From IMG/VR virus record IMGVR_UViG_3300032360_000014, positions 1-50,380 of that record: a stretch of 50,380 bases of DNA; one strand, 5' to 3'. The notes beneath the pieces are model-generated. The model searched no databases, was not told the DNA's origin, and worked only from the letters and a program-made list of their open reading frames with translations. Shown piece after piece: positions 16,908-25,925 of this stretch (position 1 is the stretch's first letter; each line of letters begins with the position of its first letter). Made by a program: the position numbers and the translations under genes. This DNA is from a virus (Duplodnaviria; Caudoviricetes).

Positions 16908-17780
16908 TTAATAATTGTGATTGACGGGGATCATATCTTCTTCTAATACTTCGCCGTTTTGCAGTTCGTTGACTTTATAAAGCCATGCTTCTACAAATTC
17001 GAGCGTTTCTTTGTTCGGTCTTAGTCCACCTTTGGGGGCTGCGCACAATTGCGCGCCTTTTTCTGGGTCTCGACTGATAATCGCACCACGGCCGCTTTGG
17101 TCCATATAGAGCAAGCTGGTGCTGGTATAAATGGTGCCATCTTCGCGCTGCATTTTTGTTTGTTGCGGCCAGTATATAATGTGGTGTGAGCCGTTGTGAT
17201 AAAGCCCTGTACCATTTGAAAAAGCCAGGCGCTTCTCTGTTGAGAGTAGCTTGTCTCCAATATCGACAATTTGCGTTTTGTAATGTGTGATTTCTTTTCT
17301 GTATTCTGCGGCTTCTTGCGTTTGCTTTTTGTTGCGTAAAGTGAGCTTTTCGTTTTGGTCTTTCAACCGTTTAATTTGCTCTTTTAAGCGCCTTGGGTTT
17401 GCCTCGTTGTATTGTTGCTGGGTCGCTTTTAGCTGGTTTTTGGCGTGAGTGAGTTCTCTTTGTAGTGCTGTTATCTGTTTGTTCTTTTTTTCAACTGCGC
17501 GATGTGCGTCAGTTAAAACATTTTCAACGTCAGATTCTTGCTTTTTATATTCGGCATTTTCAGTTGTCAGCGCGTCTAGTTCGGCTTGCTGTTCTATAAG
17601 CTGTTTGTGTTGCTCATTAGCTTGGTTTTTGTATGCGTTGAGCTGGCTGGTTAGCAGTAAGTTTTGTTGCTCGTTTTCGTCGCTCTCGGCGCTTAATTTG
17701 TTGAACCCTAAAATTGCCAATTCAAGCAAAGTATGGGGTGGTTTATTGAGTGCAAAAAGCTGTAATTCGGTCTCTGTCAT
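16908..17780 (-). CDS. Long coiled-coil protein with C-terminal globular domain
   Basis: Heptad-rich residues about 30-185; co-oriented with dam. Confidence 0.85.
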   Translation of the reverse strand: MTETELQLFALNKPPHTLLELAILGFNKLSAESDENEQQNLLLTSQLNAYKNQANEQHKQLIEQQAELDALTTENAEYKKQESDVENVLTDAHRAVEKKNKQITALQRELTHAKNQLKATQQQYNEANPRRLKEQIKRLKDQNEKLTLRNKKQTQEAAEYRKEITHYKTQIVDIGDKLLSTEKRLAFSNGTGLYHNGSHHIIYWPQQTKMQREDGTIYTSTSLLYMDQSGRGAIISRDPEKGAQLCAAPKGGLRPNKETLEFVEAWLYKVNELQNGEVLEEDMIPVNHNY

Positions 17781-17784
17781 TTGA

Positions 17785-18429
17785 TTATGCCTGTTGTAAT
17801 TGTTTGTTTAATGCTGTTTGAAGCGCGGCTTGGCCACGCGCAAAAAGATGGTCTTTGCGTATATGCGTATATTGCGTTGGTTGGCCTAGCATGCTGGGGT
17901 TAAATTCTATTAAGCACATGGGCTTATTGAGTTCGTGTTTGCTTTCTTGGCCTGTTTTTGCATCAACGAACTTAATACCGCCGCTGCACCATTTTTTGTA
18001 TGCAGTGTCTTTTTTTGGCCCCGATGCATACACTTTGTCGGTGTAGTAACCCACGATGTCGATCACTTTCACGCCAAGGCCCGCGACCCACCACTGTGCG
18101 CGGTTTTCACGGGGGACAAATAGGGTGGTTGTAAAGCCTTTTTCTTGTTCTTCTAAGCATTTTTGTTTCCATGGCAAAATGTCGCTAAACGGCGGATTTA
18201 ACCAGCCGGTTGGCTTTTGTATATGTGCTAGGTCGTTGCGCCAATTTTGTTTTAGCGCGTCTATTTCTGGGGTGTAGTATCGGCTGCAATGTGCGCTTTG
18301 TGGCAGTGCGGCAAGGTCAATGTCGTAATGATATAGCGAATTAAACGCGGCAAATAGCCAGGGGGGAGTTTGTGTTAAGTCGCGGTATGCTTTGTCGGTT
18401 GTGCTTTTGTGATTGCTGGGCTCTGCCAT
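17785..18429 (-). CDS. dam: Phage N6-adenine DNA methyltransferase (phage Dam family)
   Basis: QTPPWLF, DIDLAA, YYTPEIDALKQNW, WLNPPFS; start at MAEPS with AGGA RBS. Confidence 0.88.
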   Translation of the reverse strand: MAEPSNHKSTTDKAYRDLTQTPPWLFAAFNSLYHYDIDLAALPQSAHCSRYYTPEIDALKQNWRNDLAHIQKPTGWLNPPFSDILPWKQKCLEEQEKGFTTTLFVPRENRAQWWVAGLGVKVIDIVGYYTDKVYASGPKKDTAYKKWCSGGIKFVDAKTGQESKHELNKPMCLIEFNPSMLGQPTQYTHIRKDHLFARGQAALQTALNKQLQQA

Positions 18430-18458
18430 TGTTAAGTCCTGTGATAAATTATAAATAA

Positions 18459-18473
18459 ATCTCAATTTGTGAT
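18459..18473. promoter_or_regulatory. ATCAC-N5-GTGAT-type operator upstream of dam
   Basis: ATCTCAATTTGTGAT, exact reverse complement of the site at 23817-23831. Confidence 0.65.
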
Positions 18474-18504
18474 AGTTGAGGGCGAAAAAAAAGCACATTA
18501 ATGC

Positions 18505-19125
18505 TTAGTTTTCTGCCCATGTGAAATGGCCAACGAGTTTGCCGATCACCTTTATATTTGCAAATTCTTGCTCAGTCAGCGCTAAATCTCGGTAATCTGC
18601 GTTTGTTGCAATGAGTGTGTATGTGTTATCAAACTCTTTGCGAACGCGTCTAAGTGTTGCTTGCCCGTCTTTTTCTATTAAGTAGACCGACTCAGTATTA
18701 ATTTGCTTTTTGTTGGTATCAATCACGGCGGTGCTGCTTTGCGGAATGTGTGGGCACATTGCTGCGTCTGTTACTTTATGCTCAATCAAAGAGTTTGGTT
18801 TGCAGTTTTTGTCTGCTAAGCGTTCGCGATTGATGGCTAATTCGCTATTCGTATTTAGTGCGTGATGAAGTGTGTCGCCGTTAATTTCGTGCGTTACACC
18901 CACAAGCCACTCAAAAGGCACATTTAATGTTTCGGCAATAAGCTGAATTTTATCAATCGCTGGCGTACGCTCAGCTTGCTCGATCATGCTGATGCTATTT
19001 TGTGCCAAGCCGACGATCTTGGCAAATTCACCCTGTTTTAAACCAAGTTCTTTACGATGCGAATTGATTCGTTGACCTAAAATTTTTGCGCGCGATATTT
19101 TTGGGCTTTTTTTGGCCTGTGTCAT
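18505..19125 (-). CDS. cI: CI-like repressor (XRE HTH plus degenerate S24 domain)
   Basis: LGLKQGEFAKIVGLAQNSISMIE HTH; S24-like C-terminal domain with DAAM in place of GDSM and TLRR in place of TxKR. Confidence 0.88.
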   Translation of the reverse strand: MTQAKKSPKISRAKILGQRINSHRKELGLKQGEFAKIVGLAQNSISMIEQAERTPAIDKIQLIAETLNVPFEWLVGVTHEINGDTLHHALNTNSELAINRERLADKNCKPNSLIEHKVTDAAMCPHIPQSSTAVIDTNKKQINTESVYLIEKDGQATLRRVRKEFDNTYTLIATNADYRDLALTEQEFANIKVIGKLVGHFTWAEN

Positions 19126-19160
19126 TTCTCTGTTTCCGCCGTGCTTTATAGCGTTAGAGT

Positions 19161-19238
19161 AACACAAAATGTGCTAAATAATAGAATAAATCTAATTTTT
19201 ATCGCCGAATGTGATTTTAATTTATCACTTAAAGTGAT
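19161..19238. promoter_or_regulatory. Lysis-lysogeny switch operators (three ATCAC-N5-GTGAT-like sites)
   Basis: AACACAAAATGTGCT 19161, ATCGCCGAATGTGAT 19201, ATCACTTAAAGTGAT 19224, between divergent cI and cro. Confidence 0.75.
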
Positions 19239-19269
19239 ACTGTTTTAAAAAATCACAAGGCTTTAAGTA

Positions 19270-19512
19270 ATGAAAAAGACATTTCCAGAGTATTGCAAAG
19301 CGCGCTTTACCACTGCCCGAGAGGGGGCTGAATTATTTGGGCTAGATCAAAGTAGTTATGACAAGTACATGCAATACGTACGGTTTCCAAGAACCAACCG
19401 GCTAGAGCATATTTTACGCAATAGTGAGGGGCAAATTTGCGTAGAAAAGTGGATGACAGCGTTTAATCAAAAGCGTGAAAGTCGCAAAAATCCGGTAGGG
19501 GGTAAAGCGTGA
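19270..19512 (+). CDS. Cro-like HTH protein
   Basis: Divergent from cI; TAREGAELFGLDQSSYDKY..RFP. Confidence 0.75.
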   Translation: MKKTFPEYCKARFTTAREGAELFGLDQSSYDKYMQYVRFPRTNRLEHILRNSEGQICVEKWMTAFNQKRESRKNPVGGKA

Positions 19513-19913
19513 TCATTGTATTTATTGGCAAGCTAAGCGCTGCAAAAACCATGCTGATTGCGATGCGTAAATTGCACATCGGTAATGTGGCTCACAAGGT
19601 TTTGTCGGCATGTAAATTCTCACAAACTCGCAGCGCTTATATTGATTCGTTAAGCCCTGCAGGGTGCGAGCATACCGTACATTTTATTGTAAACCCGCAA
19701 TCAGCCTGTGAGCTTGAAGCGTTACGAAATAAAGGGGCGGTGGTGTGTCATGAATACGGCGCGCTTTCATCGGTGTACAACGAGGTGGTGATTGAGTGTG
19801 GTGATCTGATGGTTTCTGCTTTATCTGAGTGCCCTAACCCCGCCGTCATTTTGGCCCCTGAAATACTCAGTGAATGTGTAATAAAGCATCGAAAAAACAA
19901 ATCGGGTGAATGA
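19509..19913 (+). CDS. Hypothetical protein
   Basis: GTGA overlap with cro. Confidence 0.75.
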   Translation: MIIVFIGKLSAAKTMLIAMRKLHIGNVAHKVLSACKFSQTRSAYIDSLSPAGCEHTVHFIVNPQSACELEALRNKGAVVCHEYGALSSVYNEVVIECGDLMVSALSECPNPAVILAPEILSECVIKHRKNKSGE

Positions 19914-19916
19914 ATT

Positions 19917-20297
19917 ATGCCAGGTTCTTTAGACGAGCAATTAGAGCTATGGGCGCGCTGGGTCGTCGGTGGGGAGCAATTGCAAGCATCATCTATTATG
20001 CAAAAAATCATGGATGGCAAAGCGTTTGAAGGAACAGGGGGAGCCGCACAGCCGCTTATTCAGTGCTGTGAGTCAGAGATTGAAGCCTTTTTACTTTCGA
20101 AGGTGGGCAAAGAACAACAGGCCGTTGAAATTCTGCGGGTTGAGTGTGGGGTGAAGCGTTTAGGTGCGCTGCCGCTTGATGCGAGTCAGTCAACGCGGGC
20201 GCTGAGAATGGGGATCAGCTTGCGAACATATCGCCGCAAATTAAGTGGCTTAAAAGGGCAGCTAAAACAGCATTTGCAAGGACGGGGATTTTTATGA
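19917..20297 (+). CDS. Q-like antiterminator/late regulator
   Basis: LELWARW N-terminal motif and C-terminal HTH (ALRMGISLRTYRRKL). Confidence 0.7.
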   Translation: MPGSLDEQLELWARWVVGGEQLQASSIMQKIMDGKAFEGTGGAAQPLIQCCESEIEAFLLSKVGKEQQAVEILRVECGVKRLGALPLDASQSTRALRMGISLRTYRRKLSGLKGQLKQHLQGRGFL

Positions 20298-20440
20298 ATA
20301 CGAAAAATAAAGAGGGTAAAAAGCCCAAAAGAATGAGCCGTCATTATACCGAGCTGAGGCGAAAAAGGGAGGCTGAACGCGATTTAAAAAGCGCGGTTGA
20401 TCAGTTTGATATGACGCATCCTGATTATTTCAATCAATAG
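20294..20440 (+). CDS. Small basic protein (48 aa, not in ORF track)
   Basis: ATGA overlap with the Q-like gene; MNTKNKEGKKPKR... Confidence 0.5.
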   Translation: MNTKNKEGKKPKRMSRHYTELRRKREAERDLKSAVDQFDMTHPDYFNQ

Positions 20441-20474
20441 TTATCCACAGATTTTGTTAAGAAGCGGTGATTAA

Positions 20475-21698
20475 GTGGCGACAAAAAAAATAAAGATCTC
20501 TGACGCAGTGATCAAGGCGCAGCTAAAAAACAACGAGATAACGAGGCTTAGAGATACTCGTTACCCACTTTATTTGCGCTTTCATAAAAACCGAACGGGC
20601 GGTACTTGGTATTTAAGAGGCTTGGCGCAGGGTAAAGAATGGCATGTGCTTGCACAGTGGCCCGCTGTGCCCAGCGCGACGGTGTTAAAAGATATACCTG
20701 CATTATTACTACGCTTTGCTTTTGATGATCCAATTGTGACCGATAATTTTGAAACCTTTGGTCAGCTTTTAAAGTGGTATCTTGAACGTAGCCAAAGTGA
20801 TGCGTCTTTGTCAGATGACAGAAAGCGCACTGTGAAATCATTACTTAGTAAACACTTGATCCCAGCATTGAACGATATTCCCTTAATTGAGTTTAAAAAA
20901 TCAGCATTAGAAAACGTATTGCTCTGGCCGCTGCAGGAAAGTTATACAGCGAGTACAGTTCGTCAGATATTCCAGCTATTAAAACGAGCCCTGTCTCAAG
21001 CGGTAAAATCGGGTAAGTTAAATCATGATCCGCTTGCGGGAATTAGGTTCGGAGACATTATTGACGCCCTAATATCTCCTAAGCCTTCAAAAATAAAAAA
21101 ATCAGATGAACCTTTGATCGCAAGCCATGTATTGGGGTCGTCATCTTTACTGTGTCAATTAATGTTATTACACGGTACCCGCATCGGTGAGACCAGAAAG
21201 TCACAGTGGTCATTTATAGACTCTAATCATAAAACTTTGACGCTACCGGCGACGATCACTAAAACCAAACAACACGTTATTTATCTCAGTGATTACGCCT
21301 TTAATTTGCTGATCCAAGCCCATCAAAATCAGGTTAAAAGTGGTTACAGAGGGGACTTAATGTTTCCGAGTTCTAAAGGCCGCACTTGTATAGATCAGAA
21401 CACTGCCAACGACTTGGTACATGAGATAAGCAAAGGCGCTTATACATCGCATGACTTTCGCAAGCTTTGCCGCGTTCGCTGGCTAGAACTAGGCATTGAT
21501 TCAATGGTTGCTGAGTTGATGCTCAATCATGAGCTAACCCCAGTCCAAAAAACCTATGTTGAGTCGCTTGGGCTTAACGTGGGCGCTGAACGTAGACAGG
21601 CCGCTTGGCAGCTTTGGGCGGACCATTTACAAGCGCAGAAATTAGCGTTTGAGAATGAGACCCAGCCGAGATTGTATGATTTTTCGTGTGGTGCTTAA
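20475..21698 (+). CDS. Tyrosine recombinase/integrase
   Basis: Arm-binding-like N-terminus; GTRIGE (R), TKT (K), HDFRK (HxxR), LNH, KTY (Y). Confidence 0.9.
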   Translation: MATKKIKISDAVIKAQLKNNEITRLRDTRYPLYLRFHKNRTGGTWYLRGLAQGKEWHVLAQWPAVPSATVLKDIPALLLRFAFDDPIVTDNFETFGQLLKWYLERSQSDASLSDDRKRTVKSLLSKHLIPALNDIPLIEFKKSALENVLLWPLQESYTASTVRQIFQLLKRALSQAVKSGKLNHDPLAGIRFGDIIDALISPKPSKIKKSDEPLIASHVLGSSSLLCQLMLLHGTRIGETRKSQWSFIDSNHKTLTLPATITKTKQHVIYLSDYAFNLLIQAHQNQVKSGYRGDLMFPSSKGRTCIDQNTANDLVHEISKGAYTSHDFRKLCRVRWLELGIDSMVAELMLNHELTPVQKTYVESLGLNVGAERRQAAWQLWADHLQAQKLAFENETQPRLYDFSCGA

Positions 21699-21731
21699 GC
21701 AGCGCTATATATGGCTTTTGGCTGTTTTTAA

Positions 21732-21914
21732 ATGTTTTACATAGAGGAAAATATTTTTATGGTATTTACGAGTGGTTTTAGTTTGTTTGTAACCCTTGGC
21801 GCACTGGTTTTTTTAATGCTGGGTATGTTTACGCTGGGGTGTTACGTCTGTTCTGGCAGTGGTGTTAGCGGCTTAAAAATGGCCCAACGTTGGCGTCATG
21901 GGTTGGCTGAATAA
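21732..21914 (+). CDS. Small membrane protein
   Basis: Hydrophobic helix; GAGG RBS before the internal MVF start. Confidence 0.45.
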   Translation: MFYIEENIFMVFTSGFSLFVTLGALVFLMLGMFTLGCYVCSGSGVSGLKMAQRWRHGLAE

Positions 21915-22203
21915 GGGGTGTAGAGTGTCTTTGATTTATAAAGGTTTTAATGTGCACCAAATGCTTAATTATATAGACGAATATTGTACCAGTGTATCAC
22001 TGATTGGCTCAGGCGGTGGTTGGGTTTTGGTTGTTCATAGTGAGGATTTTGGGCGAGAAGAGTATAGGGGGGCACTAGGTTTTATTGTTATGCAGGCATT
22101 TCGGCCATTCTTGGATAGAGCCAAGCGAGACCGCAATAATTTTTTATTGAATCTTGGGTTGGATTGCCCATCGACTGATAAGTCTAATCGAATGTTTTTG
22201 TAG
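21898..22203 (+). CDS. Hypothetical protein
   Basis: Co-oriented ORF; start uncertain. Confidence 0.55.
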   Translation: MGWLNKGCRVSLIYKGFNVHQMLNYIDEYCTSVSLIGSGGGWVLVVHSEDFGREEYRGALGFIVMQAFRPFLDRAKRDRNNFLLNLGLDCPSTDKSNRMFL

Positions 22204-22294
22204 TGTGGCCGCAGTTATCAAGCTAAGAAGTGGTGGGTCAAAGCCTGGTGTCGTGTCAAATGGCCAACAGTTAATTTGAACCTAAAAATTATAT

Positions 22295-22531
22295 TTGAAT
22301 ACGAGGATAATTTACATGCGCACACCTGCACCAAGAGCGCCGACAAGGCATTGTAGGGCAAAGCTATCCGAAGAAGTGTATGCGACAACTCACGGGAATA
22401 TTTCGCTTTATATTTCTACGAACAAACGGTGGTGGCAATTTTGGAAGCCTGCGGAAATTACAGTTATTGTGAGCGCTACAGTTAATCGTGATCTTGGTGT
22501 TTCTCTATCACCAAAATCAATAAATTTTTAG
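22295..22531 (+). CDS. Hypothetical protein
   Basis: GAGG RBS before the internal MRTP start; KRWWQFWK motif common in phage proteins. Confidence 0.55.
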   Translation: MNTRIIYMRTPAPRAPTRHCRAKLSEEVYATTHGNISLYISTNKRWWQFWKPAEITVIVSATVNRDLGVSLSPKSINF

Positions 22532-22546
22532 CATTGGAATACGAGA

Positions 22547-22876
22547 ATGAGCGACGTTATAGATTTTACAGCTAAAGCAAAAGAAACGGTCATGACTCCC
22601 GTAAAGTCTTATAGTCGTGGCTGCTCTCATACAGCAATCACACTAGATGAACACCGCAGGCAAATTGAGTGTCAAGATTGCGGGAAAGTATTTGAGGCGT
22701 TTGATTACCTGTTTGCTTGGGCTAATGGCCAGCAGCGAATAGTTTGGCATTTAAGAAGTGTTGAGAATGAAGTTAAGCAGTTGGAAGAGAAAGTTGAAGA
22801 GCTGAAGCGAGTAAAAAGCAATCTTCAAGCTCAAGTTCGCAAACTAAAAAGTAAAGTTTCAATATCTGGAGAGTAG
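22547..22876 (+). CDS. Zinc-ribbon plus coiled-coil protein
   Basis: CSH...ECQDCG followed by heptad repeats. Confidence 0.75.
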   Translation: MSDVIDFTAKAKETVMTPVKSYSRGCSHTAITLDEHRRQIECQDCGKVFEAFDYLFAWANGQQRIVWHLRSVENEVKQLEEKVEELKRVKSNLQAQVRKLKSKVSISGE

Positions 22877-22880
22877 GTAA

Positions 22881-23138
22881 GTGATGAGTAATATAGTAAC
22901 GGCAATGACGTTGGATATTAAATCATGCAGGCATAGATTTAGTTACGAGGGTTTTAATTTTGCTTACAACACAGCCAAAGAGTTGGCTCAGCTAATGTAC
23001 ACCAACTGTGAAAATGTAAAAAACCCGTACGAGCCAGATAGCTCAGATTATGAAGATTTCAACGAGACGGTGTATTCATTGCAAAGTAAGCTATTAATTG
23101 GCGAGCTATTAATTGGCGAGGAAGATTGGCCCATATAA
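22881..23138 (+). CDS. Hypothetical protein sharing an NPYE-x-DS-x-x-Y-x-DF motif with 574-840
   Basis: NPYEPDSSDYEDF versus NPYEIDSAEYNDF. Confidence 0.6.
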   Translation: MMSNIVTAMTLDIKSCRHRFSYEGFNFAYNTAKELAQLMYTNCENVKNPYEPDSSDYEDFNETVYSLQSKLLIGELLIGEEDWPI

Positions 23139-23221
23139 ACAAGGGGAGGCTTTTAAAATTGAAAAGGGTGTTTTGCGCCGCGCGCATAACTGGTATTCGA
23201 TTTATCGGAAGGGTGATAAAA

Positions 23222-23479
23222 ATGAAATTGTTACACAAAGGTCAGCAAAGCGCAGTTCGGCTCGCGGCGTTGATAAAGTTAAGTGGTATAACGAGTGACG
23301 AGATTATCGGGGCATTGGAGGATTATTTAGTAAAAGGTATGAGAAAAACAGTGGCCGCGCGTTTAAATCAGGTTCCACCAGGTAATTTAACGCGGGCGCT
23401 AGATGCTTTAGAAGTGGTTGCCGCTGAGGTTGAAGTTATTAAAGAGGACGACTGGGCCCGAAATAGGGGGGTTGTATGA
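23222..23479 (+). CDS. PapB/FocB-like regulator
   Basis: LIKLSGITSDEIIGALEDYLVKG...AARLNQV fits the PapB family pattern. Confidence 0.75.
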   Translation: MKLLHKGQQSAVRLAALIKLSGITSDEIIGALEDYLVKGMRKTVAARLNQVPPGNLTRALDALEVVAAEVEVIKEDDWARNRGVV

Positions 23480-23817
23480 ATGCTGTGTCAAGTGACCCTA
23501 GCACCTTGTTTGTTGAGCGCATTAACAAAGGTGAGCAGCATGTGGGCTATATACTTAAAAGCCCTCGGGGGGATTATGTTGTTGTTAACGCAGACGAGTG
23601 TGTAAACATTAAAAAGCGGCACTTTGATGCGTTTGTTGAAAGCCAAGGGCAGACACAAATGGCGACGGTGAATGTTGTGATTGGTGAGTTGTGCACTACA
23701 AGGCAGATTAAAAAGGCTGCATTGCGTTGGCGTGAATTGGCATGGTATCAGCGTATTTTGCGGTGTGTTTTTTACCGTGATCCGCTGGGTATTAATGATT
23801 TTTTATCGTCAAAATAA
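23476..23817 (+). CDS. Hypothetical protein
   Basis: ATGA overlap, GGGGG RBS. Confidence 0.7.
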   Translation: MNAVSSDPSTLFVERINKGEQHVGYILKSPRGDYVVVNADECVNIKKRHFDAFVESQGQTQMATVNVVIGELCTTRQIKKAALRWRELAWYQRILRCVFYRDPLGINDFLSSK

Positions 23818-23886
23818 TCACAAATTGAGATTATTTTAAATAAAATCACTTTTTGTGTTGCAATTTTTGGCAGCTTGCTCTATTGT
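23817..23886 (+). promoter_or_regulatory. Late (PR'-like) promoter with two repressor-type operators
   Basis: TTGCAA (23858)-17 bp-TATTGT (23881); ATCAC-N5-GAGAT at 23817 and ATCAC-N5-GTGTT at 23845. Confidence 0.65.
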
Positions 23887-23944
23887 TTTGCGTATGGTGG
23901 GTTTGTTACGTCCACTTGCAGTTTCCTTTCCCAATTTGTATTAG

Positions 23945-23974
23945 AGGCCCTTAGCGTTTTAAGGGCCTTTTTTT
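23945..23974 (+). terminator. tR'-like terminator before the lysis genes
   Basis: AGGCCCTTA-N6-TAAGGGCCT plus T run. Confidence 0.85.
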
Positions 23975-23989
23975 ATTTAAGAGCCTGTC

Positions 23990-24433
23990 ATGATGAATTT
24001 GATCGCAATGATAAAACGTCATGAGCAGTTTATTGCGACTGAATGCTTGACTGATTTTGCGTTGTTTGGCTTTGGTCATCGCCCTGACGAATACCCCACT
24101 TTAAAAGAATTACAGCGTGATTTGAGCTTAAACCCGCTTAGCGAAGAAGAGGCCGAGCAGCAGTTGGCCGCAGATTTGATGTATTTGTTTGAGCGGCTTC
24201 ACGCCAAAATTCCGATTGAAAAATTTAGCTACGAGCGCCAGCAAGCAGTGATAGCAATTGCGTATTGGTTGGGCCGTGATGTTTTTAACGACTCAGTGTT
24301 TTTGACGCGGGCGTTATGCAATTTTGATTTTGAAGTTGCAGCGCGCTGCGTGTTAAACCATTGGCCACAGTGGCGCGCAGAAGTGTACGCCGCCCAGCTT
24401 TTTACTGGAGAATATAATGCAACTAACTATTAA
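23990..24433 (+). CDS. Lysozyme-like (GH24-like) protein, apparently degenerate
   Basis: MIKRHE...GFGH...SEEEAEQQL..DL...RQQAVI; the Asp/Thr of the catalytic triad are not evident. Confidence 0.6.
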   Translation: MMNLIAMIKRHEQFIATECLTDFALFGFGHRPDEYPTLKELQRDLSLNPLSEEEAEQQLAADLMYLFERLHAKIPIEKFSYERQQAVIAIAYWLGRDVFNDSVFLTRALCNFDFEVAARCVLNHWPQWRAEVYAAQLFTGEYNATNY

Positions 24434-24833
24434 GCGCCGATACTTTGACCATGGCACGTTCGGTGATTTATTTATGTTTGATAAGTTGATTTGCGTGACA
24501 GCTGAGCGCGAATGGAATAATAACCTGCCATTTGTTAGTTGTGTGCCCGAGGGGCGCTATAAGCTTGTGCCGCATAACTCACCAAAATATGGTAAATGCT
24601 TTGCGCTGGTTGCCCCGTCGCTGGGGGTGACAATACGCGATAGGTCGCTACGTACACATTGTTTGTTTCATGTTGCGAACCGACCTGAGCAGTTAGCCGG
24701 TTGTGTTGCACCAGGTATAAATTTTGGTGTGACGAGTGGCCAGTGGTCAGTGGTAAATAGTACCCGAGCTTTTAATGACTTGATCGAGTTGCTTGGCGAA
24801 GAGGCGCACGACTTGGAGATAACAAGGGCATGA
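24417..24833 (+). CDS. DUF5675 family putative endolysin
   Basis: GTFG, SCVPEGRY, HVAN...LAGC motifs. Confidence 0.8.
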   Translation: MQLTIKRRYFDHGTFGDLFMFDKLICVTAEREWNNNLPFVSCVPEGRYKLVPHNSPKYGKCFALVAPSLGVTIRDRSLRTHCLFHVANRPEQLAGCVAPGINFGVTSGQWSVVNSTRAFNDLIELLGEEAHDLEITRA

Positions 24834-25309
24834 GTTTAATTAATGTTCTGTCAGGTGGTTTGGCTGAAAAGTTGGTTGATAAAGTTTCAGAGTATTTCCC
24901 GCCGTCTATGTCTGACGCTGAAAAGGCAAAGCTACAGATTAATATTGAACGCACCGCAAATGAGCAGGAAAGATTGCTATTAAAAGCGGCAGTCGAGCAA
25001 ACCGCAGAGTTTAATCGCCGCATTGCAGAGATGGAAGGCACAGCCAAAGACCTCAAGTCTATTCCTTTTTTAGGTGCGTTCATTTTGTTTTTACGTGGAG
25101 TGCAGCGCCCCGCATGGGGTTTTGCAACAATGTATATGGATGCGATGTGGTTTAGTGGGAAGTGGGGAGCGCTCACGCAAACACAAGAATCGGCATTGTG
25201 GTTGATAAACCTATTAGTGCTTATCTTTTTGTTTGGCGAGCGGGCGTTTAAAAATGTAGCCCCGTTGCTTGAAAACATGATTAAAGCGAGGTTTGGTGAT
25301 GCAAAGTGA
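24830..25309 (+). CDS. Holin-like membrane protein (3TM/GTA-type)
   Basis: VDKV..FP, RP plus two TM helices, FGER. Confidence 0.65.
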   Translation: MSLINVLSGGLAEKLVDKVSEYFPPSMSDAEKAKLQINIERTANEQERLLLKAAVEQTAEFNRRIAEMEGTAKDLKSIPFLGAFILFLRGVQRPAWGFATMYMDAMWFSGKWGALTQTQESALWLINLLVLIFLFGERAFKNVAPLLENMIKARFGDAK

Positions 25310-25628
25310 AACAGGGTTACTAAAGCAGCTTATTGAGCACGGTTATGGGTATTTTTGGTTTGTGTTGCTCGCTGTTTGGGGTGGAACTGCTAACTATATA
25401 TCACGCAGAAAGACAGACTCCATGCCGTTTAGTTTTGTAGAACTAATTGGTGAATGGACCATTTCAGGCTTCGCGGGGGTTATTACCGTTTTAATATGCC
25501 AAGAGTTTGGTATAAGCCAAATGATGACTTATGCCGCTGCGGGCATTGCAGGTCATATGGGTGGTCGTTCAATCTTTATATTAGAGCAGCACTTTCTAAA
25601 TAGAATCAACAGCAAAAGTATTAAGTAA
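25299..25628 (+). CDS. Phage holin (LydA-like)
   Basis: WGG..NY, ELIGE..ISGFAG, AGIAGHMG. Confidence 0.8.
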   Translation: MQSETGLLKQLIEHGYGYFWFVLLAVWGGTANYISRRKTDSMPFSFVELIGEWTISGFAGVITVLICQEFGISQMMTYAAAGIAGHMGGRSIFILEQHFLNRINSKSIK

Positions 25629-25635
25629 AGCATTA

Positions 25636-25770
25636 GCTCACTGTCAACACTGTAAGCGTTCATCTAATTAGGTTTGTATCTGTCAAGCTATGGTTGCGGC
25701 TTCGCCGCTGCGGTACTTGCGCTTGAAGTGCGGCCAATACTTTGTAGGGCAAAACAGTACGACAGTGAGC
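25636..25770 (+). ncRNA. Candidate structured RNA in the late transcript
   Basis: Closing stem GCTCACTGTC/GACAGTGAGC extended by ACTGT/ACAGT; internal hairpins GCGGC-TTC-GCCGC and GCGCTT-G-AAGTGC; no ORF in the track. Confidence 0.45.
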
Positions 25771-25830
25771 GCCTTATATTTAAAGTGTATTCAAAGAGTA
25801 TTTTTTAAATATGTGTTGAATAAAGAAAGG

Positions 25831-25925
25831 CCGTGAGTAAGTGCTACCAACACTTACCCACGGTTGATACACATGAGTTGCCATGTGAACCAACTTTGCC
25901 CTCCTGCCTCGCGCGAGACAGGGGG
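25831..25925 (+). promoter_or_regulatory. Three-hairpin leader upstream of the D12 methyltransferase
   Basis: Hairpins at 25831-25863, 25863-25894 and 25900-25925. Confidence 0.55.

Noticed and set aside
20475-21698. Protelomerase (N15-like linear plasmid prophage)
   Set aside because: The protein has ordinary integrase size and motifs, and no long telRL palindrome was found.
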